From Candidatus Limnocylindrales bacterium (GTDB lineage: Bacteria; Moduliflexota; Moduliflexia; Moduliflexales; JAUQPW01), in NCBI GenBank assembly GCA_035559535.1, contig DATMBG010000002.1, positions 1 through 64,000 of the forward strand: a stretch of DNA of 64,000 bases. Reading direction: 5' to 3'. Positions 10,630-21,060 of this stretch are shown in pieces. A program made the translations under genes and the position numbers. The notes beneath the pieces are model-generated. The model saw nothing but the letters and a program-made list of their open reading frames with translations, had not been told where the DNA came from and ran no database searches. Within the stretch, counting starts at the first letter, position 1. The number at the start of each line of letters is the position of its first letter.

Positions 10630-10696
10630 CTCTACCTGCCGGTAGGCACAGCAGCAGGCAGATTCTTAAGGGTTACACTCTGAGACGCTAATCGAA

Positions 10697-10770
10697 TTGC
10701 GGGGGTCGGATTTGAACCGACGACCTCTGGGTTATGAGCCCAACGAGCTACCAGACTGCTCCACCCCGCG
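10697..10770 (-). tRNA. tRNA-fMet (CAT, initiator)
   Basis: CGCGGGGTGGAGCAGTCTGGTAGCTCGTTGGGCTCATAACCCAGAGGTCGTCGGTTCAAATCCGACCCCCGCAA; C1:A72 mismatch, three G-C pairs in the anticodon stem, CCA not encoded. Confidence 0.96.
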
Positions 10771-10824
10771 TTTATAAATTACATTCTGACTTATGAGATT
10801 GTCAAGCCCGTTTATGGAAATAGT

Positions 10825-12045
10825 TTAAACGGTAACTCCCATATCTTCTAATACTGCCTTAATTTTAGATCCTATTTCAGGTACCAGTTTCTCCGGCACT
10901 GCACTGATAGAAATCCGGACATAATTCTTCAGTTCTTCCTCGAACTGAAGGGCGAAATACACCCCTGGGATGTAATGTAAAGAATAACCACCAACCTCTG
11001 GATCCCACATTCTTTTGGCAAACTCGGTTTCAAAAGAGGTATCGATACCTTCCGGAAACTCCATCCAGGCATAAAAGGTATGATCCCTGTCCCATTTAAC
11101 CCCATAGGCGTGTAAAGGTTGAAGGCTGTCCATTAAGAGCCGGTGTTTGGTCAGATAAAGTTGTGTACATTGTTCCATGAGTTTGGCTAGGGATCTTTTA
11201 GACAGATACAAACTGAAGATTCCGTGTCCGGCGTTTCTTGCACAGAGACCTCCGGCCTCAGATTTAATGAAATACTTCTTGATCTGATCTTCCGAAGCTA
11301 AGGCAAATCCTATTCCAAGTCCAGGGGCCGATACCGTCTTAGAGAAAGTTCCTGCATAAATGATTCGGTTCAAAAGATCTTTACCTGCTGCCTGAATAAC
11401 CAAGAGTCTGAGTCCCTCTGGATTAAAGGGATAGGCATCATCTAAGAGTAAAGTGACATTTTTATGAGTATCCAGGGCATTCAAGATTTCATGAACTTTA
11501 CCCTTAACCGGAATCGATACAGGATTCTCATTAACGACCAGCAGTATTTTTTGTTTTCCGGCCATCTCGGACATTTCTTTTATAATATCCTCTAAACCCT
11601 TGTTCTTTCCCAGAACCGATCTCACATTCCGTTTTATGTGTTTCTGATTGAGGATATGGGTCTGTCCGTAGTAATAGGGTTCAAAAATGCCGATGAGCCC
11701 ATCCTCCTGCCAGGTAATGGCCATAGTTTCATCCAGGATCTGTTGAGAGCCCCTGTCGGAGACATAAAGCCGATAATTTTTAATTCCTTCCCTACCCAAA
11801 ATAGAGGCCAGATACTCCAAAATCTGATCTTCTAAGCCGGTTCCCTGGTGATAATTCAGATTTACGGCTTTTAACCATTCCTCCGGTGTTACTTCTTGTT
11901 GGAGGGTTTGAAGCAAATCTAGAGAAAGTGTACGAACCAATTCCTGATCTGGGGTGCCGGCAGCACTGTTAATACACTTATCTCCGTACTTGATACTTAA
12001 TTCCAAGCGCTTTTGTATAACCGTTCTAAAATCTTTCTGTGCCAT
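10825..12045 (-). CDS. Divergent PLP-dependent aminotransferase (class I/II fold)
   Basis: CAT at 12043-45 and TTA at 10825-27 show the minus strand (track label is wrong); DDAY, GTFSKT..PGLGIG (PLP Lys), YVRIS. Confidence 0.75.
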   Translation of the reverse strand: MAQKDFRTVIQKRLELSIKYGDKCINSAAGTPDQELVRTLSLDLLQTLQQEVTPEEWLKAVNLNYHQGTGLEDQILEYLASILGREGIKNYRLYVSDRGSQQILDETMAITWQEDGLIGIFEPYYYGQTHILNQKHIKRNVRSVLGKNKGLEDIIKEMSEMAGKQKILLVVNENPVSIPVKGKVHEILNALDTHKNVTLLLDDAYPFNPEGLRLLVIQAAGKDLLNRIIYAGTFSKTVSAPGLGIGFALASEDQIKKYFIKSEAGGLCARNAGHGIFSLYLSKRSLAKLMEQCTQLYLTKHRLLMDSLQPLHAYGVKWDRDHTFYAWMEFPEGIDTSFETEFAKRMWDPEVGGYSLHYIPGVYFALQFEEELKNYVRISISAVPEKLVPEIGSKIKAVLEDMGVTV

Positions 12046-12316
12046 TTTTTCAACCTCAGGTAAGAATTTGAATCAGATCTGGTATGGGTTTTAATTTAAA
12101 TTTTTGAATTTAAATTTGCAACCGGGAAAAATAACCCCGGCATGAAAAGATATTGACGTAGAAACCCGGTTTAGATAAATTGGCTTTCAGGGAAGACCCG
12201 GAATCATTCTTATCTTATAATTTTTCCCTATAGAAACCCCTTGCAAGGGATTTTGGCCATTCGGGGCCAATCATAAAACTCAACATGTTTATTTCCGGCA
12301 ACCCAGGAGGTAACCC

Positions 12317-13309
12317 ATGCAGATTCCAATGATCCGGAGAGTCATAGGGATTTTTATCGTAATCTTATGGATTCCCCTAGTCTATGCCGGAGAGGTGGAT
12401 GATCTCATAAGGGATCTCAAATCACCGGAGGTATCCACCCGCTTGAAAGCCATCGACAAATTGGGATCGTTAAAAAATCCTGTAGCTATTGAACCTCTTG
12501 TTGTAGCTTTAAAAGATCCCAATGCAGATGTTCGAGCCGATGCAGCTGCAACCCTGGGTCTTTTTAAAGATCCTCGGGTTGTAGAACCTCTTTTGGAAGC
12601 TTTAAAAGATGAAAGTGCCCAGGTTCGGGAGCATGCGATTTCTTCTCTGGCAACTCTACGGGATCCCAGGGCTGTAGAACCTCTCATAAGGACTTTACAA
12701 GATACCGATCCCAAGGTTCAGTGGCAAGCGGTAGAAGCTTTAGGCATGATGGGAGAAATAGCCATTCCACCGCTTATAAATATCTTAAAAAACAGACAGT
12801 CCAAAGTACGAGATCATGCCATTTCAGCTTTAGGAACCATCAAAACTCCAGCAGTGGAACCACTTCTGGCTCTTCTTCAAGATAAAGAGGCTTTTACGCG
12901 AAGCGGAGCGGCCGCAGCACTGGGACTTATTAAGGACCCTCGGGCGATAGAGCCCCTGGTTGCAGCGTTAAATGATAAAGATCCTGAAGTCAGAACCCAG
13001 GTCGCCTCTGCCCTGACGGCGATAGGGAGTCCCGCAGTGGAATCCCTTGTCAAGGGCTTGCAGGCTGCCGACCCGGGAGCAAGAGAAAGTGCTGCTTTAG
13101 TTCTAGGGATGATCCAGGATCGTCGGGCTACAGAGCCTCTTATTCTAACCCTGAAGGACCCCGAGCGGGAAGTCAGGGCCAGAGCAGCCTGGGCTTTAGG
13201 GAGGATGGGAGACAAACGGGGAATCAAACCCTTACAAGAACTCTTAGGAGGTGAAACCGACGAATATGTGAAAGCTATTGTACAGGAGGCCCTTAAACAA
13301 CTTCAGTAA
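12317..13309 (+). CDS. HEAT (PBS-lyase-like) repeat protein with signal peptide
   Basis: AGGAGG RBS, hydrophobic N-terminus, repeated EPL..AL.D....VR..AA.ALG. Confidence 0.85.
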   Translation: MQIPMIRRVIGIFIVILWIPLVYAGEVDDLIRDLKSPEVSTRLKAIDKLGSLKNPVAIEPLVVALKDPNADVRADAAATLGLFKDPRVVEPLLEALKDESAQVREHAISSLATLRDPRAVEPLIRTLQDTDPKVQWQAVEALGMMGEIAIPPLINILKNRQSKVRDHAISALGTIKTPAVEPLLALLQDKEAFTRSGAAAALGLIKDPRAIEPLVAALNDKDPEVRTQVASALTAIGSPAVESLVKGLQAADPGARESAALVLGMIQDRRATEPLILTLKDPEREVRARAAWALGRMGDKRGIKPLQELLGGETDEYVKAIVQEALKQLQ

Positions 13310-13414
13310 GCGGATAGGCAGGTATTTTCACACAGGCTAAGGTTTTAGTTTTGGGCTTAGGGTGAAAGAGAGTCGTCCAAAAACTAAGACTTGTGCCCTT
13401 GGGTAAGGTTTCTT

Positions 13415-13813
13415 ATGAAATGGACCGTTTTTCTTCTAACGGCAGGATTACTTTTAATACCTCTGAATTCTTTACGAGCTCAGCAAACCGAGGGTAAAGG
13501 GGAACAGAAGGAGACAGAAAATACGGCTTCAAATGGTCCGGTTGTTCATGAAGTATCCATACTCCATATTTTTGTTCCCCAGGTTCTGGTTATCCATGTA
13601 GGAGACAGTGTCAGATGGGTCAATAAGCATGGAATTGAACATAGTGCAAAGAGCCTTGCTAAGAATAAGGAAGGTCTATCGGTATTTTTTACCGGTCAAT
13701 TAATGCCTCCCAATTCCTATGTTTTTCAGTTCAACGAACCGGGGACTTACGACTATGTTTGCGGGTTACATCCTGCCATGACCGGAACAATTATCGTTAA
13801 ACCCAAGCCATGA
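13415..13813 (+). CDS. Exported cupredoxin (plastocyanin/amicyanin-like)
   Basis: Signal peptide, VGDSVRWVN..H, YVCGLHPAMTG type-1 Cu ligands; ATG 13415 preferred. Confidence 0.88.
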   Translation: MKWTVFLLTAGLLLIPLNSLRAQQTEGKGEQKETENTASNGPVVHEVSILHIFVPQVLVIHVGDSVRWVNKHGIEHSAKSLAKNKEGLSVFFTGQLMPPNSYVFQFNEPGTYDYVCGLHPAMTGTIIVKPKP

Positions 13814-13899
13814 GAAGGCAAAGGGCCAGAGGTAGCGAGCAGAAATCGGTGGAGAGTGATCCCTGGTCTATCGTCTGCTGTTCGCTACCTATGGAGAGT

Positions 13900-14760
13900 T
13901 CATGGGGCCAGGCTTATGAGAATGGCGCCTAACCAGATAATCAAAGCACCCAGGAGCCTGGTTTTCCCATATTTTTCCTTCAAGATCAGGCTTCCCAACA
14001 AAACCCCAAAAACAATACTGATTTGTCGTAGCGCGATGACATAACTAACTTTCCCAATTCGCAGGGCAAAGAGGATGAGTAAATAGCTTAGGGTCATAAA
14101 AACCCCAACCAGGAGGATAGATTTTTTATTTTGCTGCCAGGTTTTGGAAAGGGAATTTCCCCGATGGAAGAAGAGGAGATAGAGTCCTAGCCCGAACCAG
14201 GTAACGGCAAATTCCAGATATATGTAAGGAAGGGGATGCATGTAGCTCACCCCTACTTTATCCACAACCGAGTAACCCGAAGAGGCCAGGGCGGTAAAAA
14301 GTGCCAAACCGATGGGTTGACTTTTTAACTCCGGAGAGAGCAGAGAGGTTCCCCACCTTAGAGAGACCACGAATACGCCCAAAATTACCGTTAAGATTCC
14401 TATTAAGCCTGTCCAGGAGATGTGTTCTTTTAGAAAAATAGTTGCCCAGATAGGAACAAAGATAGGGGCCGATCGAGCCAGGGGATAAACCAGAGAAAGG
14501 TCTCCCCTGGCATAGGCTTTACTCAAGCCGAGAAAGTAGGCCACCTCAAAGGTACCCCCAAAGAAAATGAACCTTCCAGCGGGTGAAAGGAGCTCCTTTT
14601 TAGAGAGGAAAGCCAGACTCAAAGGGGCATAAACAAGCAGTGAGACCCCAAAAGCCCACCATAAGAAAGGAACACCCTCTTCAACTTTTTTTGTAAGTAA
14701 ATTCCAAAAGGCATGGATAAACGAAGAACCGACAACCAGTAGAATAGCCCAGAATTCCAT
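13900..14760 (-). CDS. EamA/DMT family transporter
   Basis: HAFWNLL, DLSLVYPLAR, ~10 TM helices in two EamA repeats; likely start 14760. Confidence 0.88.
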   Translation of the reverse strand: MEFWAILLVVGSSFIHAFWNLLTKKVEEGVPFLWWAFGVSLLVYAPLSLAFLSKKELLSPAGRFIFFGGTFEVAYFLGLSKAYARGDLSLVYPLARSAPIFVPIWATIFLKEHISWTGLIGILTVILGVFVVSLRWGTSLLSPELKSQPIGLALFTALASSGYSVVDKVGVSYMHPLPYIYLEFAVTWFGLGLYLLFFHRGNSLSKTWQQNKKSILLVGVFMTLSYLLILFALRIGKVSYVIALRQISIVFGVLLGSLILKEKYGKTRLLGALIIWLGAILISLAP

Positions 14761-14841
14761 CTGTACAGGGTGGGGTAATCCCCACCAATATCTCCACCCT
14801 TGTCTTTGTTTTGGGGGGCCAAACCTCACCCCACCAGCAAT

Positions 14842-15123
14842 TTATAACTCTTGTCTTTTAGGGGTCAGAGGAGGCGGTGCAAGCGGATCCGGGGAACGCT
14901 TGACCGGTTCTAAGTCCAGATGTCTTAAATCCTTGTCGGAATATCTGGCAAATTTAGCTGCTGTTGGGCTGGAAAAATTTTTTGTATTAATTCCAGGAGC
15001 CGAAATCAGCCTTTGAACCGATCCCTGACACCGGGGGCATGTGGAAAGAGGTTCGTCTTTCATACTTTGGCGGACTTCAAAAAAATATCCACATTGATTA
15101 CATTTATATTCATAGAACGGCAT
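14842..15123 (-). CDS. FmdB family zinc-ribbon protein
   Basis: MPFYEYKCNQCG...CPRCQG..RLIS. Confidence 0.88.
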   Translation of the reverse strand: MPFYEYKCNQCGYFFEVRQSMKDEPLSTCPRCQGSVQRLISAPGINTKNFSSPTAAKFARYSDKDLRHLDLEPVKRSPDPLAPPPLTPKRQEL

Positions 15124-15143
15124 AATAAATTCCTCGATAAGGG

Positions 15144-15200
15144 GTAGTAACGATTTTAATCCGTTCCCCTTTGAGGAGGGGAGATTAAAATCGTTACTAC
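15144..15200. repeat. GTAG-type REP inverted pair
   Basis: Perfect 18-bp inverted repeat GTAGTAACGATTTTAATC / GATTAAAATCGTTACTAC. Confidence 0.75.
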
Positions 15201-15228
15201 GAATCTGCTTACTTCTCCTTCTGGATGA

Positions 15229-16533
15229 TTAAGCTTCCCGCAGTTTAATCTCTTTCCTCTTTTCTTCGATATTAATGCCGAAGAGTTTAGCGTGGTTTTC
15301 ACCTAAGATTTTCCGTTTAATCTCATCGGTCAGTTTGGGATAACCATAGCCTTCGGCCAGTTGATCTGGAATCTGGAATTTTCGGAAAGCTTCAATTTGC
15401 CACTGGGCTTTTCCCCAGAGTGGGCTGTCAGTACCCCACAAGACCCGGTCGGCTCCCAGATCTCGAATCAAAGTTCCCAGAATATGGGCACATTCAACAG
15501 GACGATTGGTAACGGTAGCCGCAAAGGTCGAGCCGAGTTCGCACCAGAGGTTATTTCTCTGGGGTTTAAAGGCTTTAAGGGCGGCTAATTCATGATGATA
15601 GGGCCAGCCAGAATGGAAGGCAACCCAGTTGATATCCAGGAAGTCATCGGCCACTCGATCCAGATCTTCGGCATGGGAATAGCGGGCCATAAACTGACCA
15701 AAGGGGATTCCTTTATGGCATCCTATAACCTTAATTCCTTCTTTTTGACACTTCTCCCAAAGGGGATAGGCCCTGTCGTCATCAAACCACCAGCCTTTTT
15801 TCGGGGTGCTATCAAAGGTATACAATTTTAGTCCGGATATCTTCAGATCCTTAATAAAGTGATCGAGTCTTTCCAGGGTTTCATTTATACCCTGATTAAT
15901 GGTAAGTCCACCGCCTAAAAGGATGGTTCGATTTGGCCAACGATTCCGGGCTTCGGCCACCTCTTCAATGGGGTTCATGTCCATACCACCATAATCCTCT
16001 TTGAATCCAAACATATTAACGATGGCCATGGCGGTATCACTTTCCTTATAGATCAACCGCCCAAAACCGTCTACATCCATATCCCTCAACCCATTAGGTA
16101 GCCCCATAGATTTTCCCAGGTCATCCAACAATTTAACGAACCACATCCCTCTTTCTGTGGTATTTTCTTTGGTAAATCCGGCCTTCCGCCATCCCACGTG
16201 GGTGTGCATGTCTATAATGAATTCATTACCCGTGGAATATTCCATGGCAGCAGCTTCGTCGATAGCTTCGGCCTCGCTAACCTCAAAAAACTTCATCCCA
16301 CTCACTTTATTAACCGCCAACATGGCCGCAGCAAAGCCACTTGCAGTTTTTAGAAAAGATCTTCGATCCAACCGTCGCTTTTTAGCATACTCATCAATAA
16401 TCCCCTTAATCCGTTCTCCTAAACTCCCAAAAGTAAAAAAGGCAGCCCCTTGTTCGTGATGGGTTCTAAACTCAAACCCGGGATTTTCTTCGAGTTTTAC
16501 ATTACGAAAATGTTTTATAAAATCAAATTCCAT
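15229..16533 (-). CDS. Amidohydrolase_2 family metallo-protein with internal twin-arginine-like segment
   Basis: IDMHTH, GLKLY, HKG, FHSGWP, VLWGTDS, KILGEN; RRSFLK at about residue 57. Confidence 0.85.
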   Translation of the reverse strand: MEFDFIKHFRNVKLEENPGFEFRTHHEQGAAFFTFGSLGERIKGIIDEYAKKRRLDRRSFLKTASGFAAAMLAVNKVSGMKFFEVSEAEAIDEAAAMEYSTGNEFIIDMHTHVGWRKAGFTKENTTERGMWFVKLLDDLGKSMGLPNGLRDMDVDGFGRLIYKESDTAMAIVNMFGFKEDYGGMDMNPIEEVAEARNRWPNRTILLGGGLTINQGINETLERLDHFIKDLKISGLKLYTFDSTPKKGWWFDDDRAYPLWEKCQKEGIKVIGCHKGIPFGQFMARYSHAEDLDRVADDFLDINWVAFHSGWPYHHELAALKAFKPQRNNLWCELGSTFAATVTNRPVECAHILGTLIRDLGADRVLWGTDSPLWGKAQWQIEAFRKFQIPDQLAEGYGYPKLTDEIKRKILGENHAKLFGINIEEKRKEIKLREA

Positions 16534-16794
16534 AATGGATACCTCCTTGGATTAAAGGTCCTGAGGATGAAGCTAAACCACAACAAGGGCTTTTAGTTAG
16601 AAAGAGGTATAGCATCGAATTTATCGACAAAATATGTAAAAACCCCCTTTGGATATTGTTGGAAAAGAACATCCTTCAGGTAATTTGAGTTTCCCTAAAA
16701 ATGTCAGGTATCACAGAATTTCTAAAACTTTGAGAAATTCTGATAGCCGAAATGCTAACTGGGAGTTTATTTTTTTGTCAATAAAAATCTAATT

Positions 16795-17280
16795 TTAAAC
16801 GTTTAATTCCTGGGATGGGGCTCTAGAAAGATATTTGATCATAACCAATTGGTTATATTTAGACCCTCCTGTGGCAGGGATATACAAAACTTGATCCATC
16901 AGACTGGTTATGATGAAAATTCCAAATCCTATTTCAGATAAGGAGGCGGGCCGGAAGGTGTAATTCAAGAGAGCGCCACGGGCCTGTGAAAGTATCTTCA
17001 TTTTTTCAAAGTCAAATCCTTTTCCGCAATCAAAGATCTGAACCTCAAATTTCTGAGCTTCTAAAGTTAACTGGATAATAATTTCCAATTCCGGGCGATT
17101 CAGATGGGCATGTTTTACAGCATTAGAAAATGCTTCAAAGGTGGCTATTTTAACCTGGTTTAAAGGAAAATTTTTTCCCCCAGAAATCTTATCATACTCC
17201 CCTTTTAGATAATCTAAAGCCTTCTCAATGGATTCCAGAGATTCTAACCTGCTTGGAATTTTAAGTTTAATAGTCTTCAT
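16795..17280 (-). CDS. RsbW-like anti-sigma factor / HATPase kinase
   Basis: EAFSNAVKHA, D.GKGFD, GFGIFII..LMD. Confidence 0.85.
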   Translation of the reverse strand: MKTIKLKIPSRLESLESIEKALDYLKGEYDKISGGKNFPLNQVKIATFEAFSNAVKHAHLNRPELEIIIQLTLEAQKFEVQIFDCGKGFDFEKMKILSQARGALLNYTFRPASLSEIGFGIFIITSLMDQVLYIPATGGSKYNQLVMIKYLSRAPSQELNV

Positions 17281-17423
17281 AAGAATCGGAATTCTCAGAT
17301 CCAGTAGTTTTATCTCCTTAGGATAAGCTCTAGAGAGATTACCAGCTTGGTTGATTCTTCACAATGACACGACTCGCTCTTCTGAATTGTAACTTGCTTG
17401 AATTAAATATGACGATGAATTAG

Positions 17424-17440
17424 AGCAATAGCCATGCCAA
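17424..17440 (-). promoter_or_regulatory. Sigma54 -24/-12 promoter for the anti-sigma factor gene
   Basis: Minus strand TTGGCATGGCTATTGCT (GG-N10-GC). Confidence 0.7.
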
Positions 17441-17611
17441 CCAGCTTGTATCACTTCAGCACAGCATCTTCTAGACCGGAAGAAAGCTCCGGATTTATCC
17501 GGTAAAGGGACGGGATTGAAGAGGAAAAGGATTCTATAAAATCTCTCTGCCCTTCAGGCAGCTTCTTCAGGGTAGAGGATCTTATATCAGTAAGTGTAAA
17601 GGGTAGGGACC

Positions 17612-17810
17612 TACCTCCATCCTCCTTGCATGGGGGGAGGGAAGGGTTTTCAAAGGTATTTTTTGACCTCACCCCTCCAATTCCCATTCCCCACGAGGGA
17701 AGAGGAGATTGGGGATCCAAGCCATCCTCGAGTACCCCCTTCCCGATCTGGGAGGTCAGGAGGCATAGGCATCAGGATAAGGATAAAAGGTCTCATCAGA
17801 GGGTGAACAG
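17612..17810. repeat. CCTCACCCC/CCCTCTCC-type palindromic repeat cluster
   Basis: Nested purine/pyrimidine palindromes similar to 44392-44462 and 57040-57227. Confidence 0.6.
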
Positions 17811-18081
17811 TTGGTAACCCCCGCCGCAAGTCGGGGAATTCATAAATTTAGAATTTTTTCAAGTTCTCTGGTGGCGGTCTATTAAACAGGTTACCCCACC
17901 GGAGCTCACCTTCTTATCTTGATCTGTAGGGGGGAGCAGGGGATCAGGTGGGAAAAAACCTATCCTTGAAAGAGGGAGGGGTTATCTATTGTTGTCTATT
18001 AAGGCCCCACATGGGCACCTTTACCCAGTAGGCGGCCCTCCTCAGTGGGAATTGACAGGATACACCTCCTTCAATCCGAAG

Positions 18082-18097
18082 TGGCATTATTTTTGCG
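18082..18097 (+). promoter_or_regulatory. Sigma54 -24/-12 promoter
   Basis: TGGCATTATTTTTGCG (GG-N10-GC). Confidence 0.6.
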
Positions 18098-18131
18098 AGT
18101 TGTCAAGGCTTTAGGTTCATAAAGCAGAGGT

Positions 18132-18317
18132 ATGATGAAGCTCTTCCATAAATCCAGGACAGGCCTATGGAAACAGGGGTTTATTTCCCTTCAACGCACT
18201 CAGGCAAACCAAGAGGAGGACGTAAAGTGGATGACCTATTTCAAAGAGGATTCGGTCCATAGGAATAGAGGAAGTGATCCTGGATGGCCCTGGAGAGGAG
18301 AAAAGGGAAATTTATAA
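18132..18317 (+). CDS. Putative 61-aa small protein
   Basis: GAGGT immediately before ATGATG; sigma54 motif ~35 nt upstream; no recognisable family. Confidence 0.35.
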   Translation: MMKLFHKSRTGLWKQGFISLQRTQANQEEDVKWMTYFKEDSVHRNRGSDPGWPWRGEKGNL

Positions 18318-18485
18318 AACCTATAAAGCCGTTGTAGGAGACCGGGGGAACAGGGTCTTAATGGCATTTACGGAGATTAACAATTTATGCAGAATTGGAG
18401 CTCCAGGCAGGGGTCCTAGAGAATCCTTTTTCCCTCAGGACTTTTCCCTTAACCCTCCTGTTTCGACATGGAACAAGAATCCAGC

Positions 18486-19595
18486 TCAAGTTTGACAGAT
18501 AGGGAGTGTAAAGGAAATATGGGTCCCTTTTCCCGGAATGCTTTTAATCTCTGGTTTTGTATCGTGGAGGTCTAAAATATATTTAACGATGGTTAACCCT
18601 AAGCCGGTACCGGGGATATTTTCCGTTTCTTTGGTCTTAATGCGATAAAATTTATCAAAGATGTAGGGTAGATTGGCTTCATCGATTCCAATTCCGTTAT
18701 CTATCACGCTGATTTTGGCTTTTTTATCCTCCTGTATATTTTCTACACGAATTAGGATATCTCCGCCCTTGAAGGAGTATTTAATCGCATTACTTAAAAG
18801 ATTGGTAAGGACCAATCTTAATTGGAACTTATTTCCATAAACCCAGAGGTTGGGTTCAGAAATTTCTATTTTGATCCGATGGTTAGGCGTTTTCAATTCA
18901 CTGGTACCGGAGATTCCCAGGTTTATGAGTTCCAGCAGGAAAATTTTCTCTTTTTCGAGTTTTTCTTTGCTCGTGGTGGTTTCCAGGTAGTTCAATTCTA
19001 GAAGGTCTTTGACGAGCTCCTTAAGTCCGATGGTTTGATTTTGAAGCATATGCAAGAACTGTTGTCGATCTGCTTCTGTCATGGATTCAGTCATGAGCAT
19101 TTTACAAATACTTTCAATGGAGGCAATGGGGGTTTTAAGCTCGTGGGCTGTAATTCGTAGAAGGTTCTGCAAGTCTTCCAGTTTCTCTAAGATAGGGTCT
19201 TGAAATCCTTTTCTAAATTCTTCGGTCCTCTTGAGCCGCGCTCTAACCGCAATGATGAGATCTTCGAGCTTAAAGGGTTTCGTGATATATTCATCCACCC
19301 CAAGGGATTTTCCTTGACGGATCTCTTCCTCTCCAGTTTTGGCTGTTAAAAAGATAAAAGGGATAGGGATGAGGTTTTGATGATTATGGACTCTTTGATA
19401 CAACTCGTAGCCATCCATTTCCGGCATGATGATATCCGAAATAATTAAATCCGGTTTGAGTCCATTTTTTAAAAGCTCTAAAGCCTCCACTCCTGTTCGA
19501 GCTGTAACCACATGAAATTGTTCTTTCATTAACAACTCCATGACCAAGGTCCTCAGAGTTTCATCATCTTCTACTACTAAAATCGTAGGATGCAT
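18486..19595 (-). CDS. Hybrid response regulator / histidine kinase (REC-HisKA-HATPase)
   Basis: SDIIMPEMDG, AHELKTP, NLLSNAIKY, DNGIG, GTGLGL. Confidence 0.92.
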   Translation of the reverse strand: MHPTILVVEDDETLRTLVMELLMKEQFHVVTARTGVEALELLKNGLKPDLIISDIIMPEMDGYELYQRVHNHQNLIPIPFIFLTAKTGEEEIRQGKSLGVDEYITKPFKLEDLIIAVRARLKRTEEFRKGFQDPILEKLEDLQNLLRITAHELKTPIASIESICKMLMTESMTEADRQQFLHMLQNQTIGLKELVKDLLELNYLETTTSKEKLEKEKIFLLELINLGISGTSELKTPNHRIKIEISEPNLWVYGNKFQLRLVLTNLLSNAIKYSFKGGDILIRVENIQEDKKAKISVIDNGIGIDEANLPYIFDKFYRIKTKETENIPGTGLGLTIVKYILDLHDTKPEIKSIPGKGTHISFTLPICQT

Positions 19596-19632
19596 AGTAG
19601 GTAATTTTTATTCAAGAAGACGGACACATGGT

Positions 19633-21060
19633 TTATTCTTCGGTTACAAGCTGATACTTTTCTAATTTTCTATAAAGGGTTGTTCGGCCAATACCCAACT
19701 CTTTAGCGGCTTGAGAAACATTTCCCTTTGTAAGCTTCAGGGCATGTTGGAGTACTCTTTTTTCAACCTCATCAAAGGGTAAAATTTTATCCGGTTCAAG
19801 GCCCGGTAAAGAGATTTCTGTAGAGGGAGGAGGCACCAGGATATCTTTATCTTCTTCCACCGAGGTTTTCTCCAAATCAGGTATTAAGTTTTGAATATCT
19901 CGGGGAAGGACTTCTAACTCAAGCCGCTCATTGTTACGGGATAAGATTAAGGCCCGTTGAATAACATTTTCCAGTTCCCGAATATTACCTTTCCAGGGGT
20001 GGGCCGAGAGCGCTTCCATAGCTTTAGGCGAAACACTGGAGATCTTCTTACCGAATTCCTGAGAGTACTTATTCAGGAAATGAAAGACCAGGAGAGGAAT
20101 ATCCTCTCGACGTTCTCGCAGAGGGGGCAGGTAAATGGGGAACACTGCGATTCGATAGTAAAGATCTTCTCGAAAATTTTTAGCTTTGACTTCTGCTTCT
20201 AGATCTTTATTGGTTGCGGCAATAATCCGCACATCAACCTGTACCTTTTTCTTACCCCCCACAGGATCAAAGGATTTCTCCTGAATAACACGCAGGATTT
20301 TGGCTTGAGTCACCAGGCTCATTTCGCCGATTTCATCGAGGAATAAAGTACCACCGTCCGCCTGCTCAAATTTTCCTTGCCTTCTCTCAATAGCTCCCGT
20401 AAAAGCTCCTTTCTCGTGCCCAAAGAGCTCACTTTCTAAAAGAGTTTCCGGGATAGCTGCACAATTAATATCAACAAAAGGTCCATCTCGACGATGACTA
20501 TTATAATGGATGGCTCTAGCGATAAGCTCCTTACCGGTTCCACTTTCCCCATGGATAAGAATAGATACATCGGTGTTGAGAACACTTTCAAGCTGAGCGA
20601 AGATCTCTTTCATCTTGGCACTCGAGCCTATGATATTACTAAAAACATGCTTTTCCTGGAGTTGATGTTTTAATCGTCGAAGTTCTTGGGCTAGTGTGTA
20701 CTTTTCCATGGCGTTCTGGATCAAAATTCTCAATTTATCTTCCGATATCGGTTTCAGCAGATAGTCATAAGCACCGAGTTTCATGGCTTCCACAGCCTTT
20801 TCCACCGTGTGATCCGCAGTAAGCATAATAATGGGAAGCTGGTCATCTCGTTTTTTGATTTCTTTTAAGGCATCTAATCCCTCCAGAACGGGCATCATCA
20901 CATCCATTAAAACAACATCGGGTTTTTGACTCAGGAGCTCTAAGCACTCTTCTCCATTCTGGGCTTGTATAACCTGATATCCCCATTTCTCAATCCAATA
21001 ACACAGGAGCTTTCGAAAATTGGGATCATCGTCGGCTATTAGGACTAACTTTTCCTTCAT
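19633..21060 (-). CDS. NtrC-family sigma54-dependent response regulator
   Basis: REC domain, [21 protein letters not shown]-terminal Fis-type HTH. Confidence 0.95.
   Translation of the reverse strand: MKEKLVLIADDDPNFRKLLCYWIEKWGYQVIQAQNGEECLELLSQKPDVVLMDVMMPVLEGLDALKEIKKRDDQLPIIMLTADHTVEKAVEAMKLGAYDYLLKPISEDKLRILIQNAMEKYTLAQELRRLKHQLQEKHVFSNIIGSSAKMKEIFAQLESVLNTDVSILIHGESGTGKELIARAIHYNSHRRDGPFVDINCAAIPETLLESELFGHEKGAFTGAIERRQGKFEQADGGTLFLDEIGEMSLVTQAKILRVIQEKSFDPVGGKKKVQVDVRIIAATNKDLEAEVKAKNFREDLYYRIAVFPIYLPPLRERREDIPLLVFHFLNKYSQEFGKKISSVSPKAMEALSAHPWKGNIRELENVIQRALILSRNNERLELEVLPRDIQNLIPDLEKTSVEEDKDILVPPPSTEISLPGLEPDKILPFDEVEKRVLQHALKLTKGNVSQAAKELGIGRTTLYRKLEKYQLVTEE

Noticed and set aside
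12382-13227. Antisense ORFs over HEAT genes (also 52301-55626) and other shadow ORFs in the track
   Set aside because: They overlap well-supported genes on the opposite strand or in another frame and lack motifs
17451-17817. ORFs 17451-17720 and 17626-17817 (also 56954-57169)
   Set aside because: Translations of palindromic repeat clusters, P/G-rich and without an RBS
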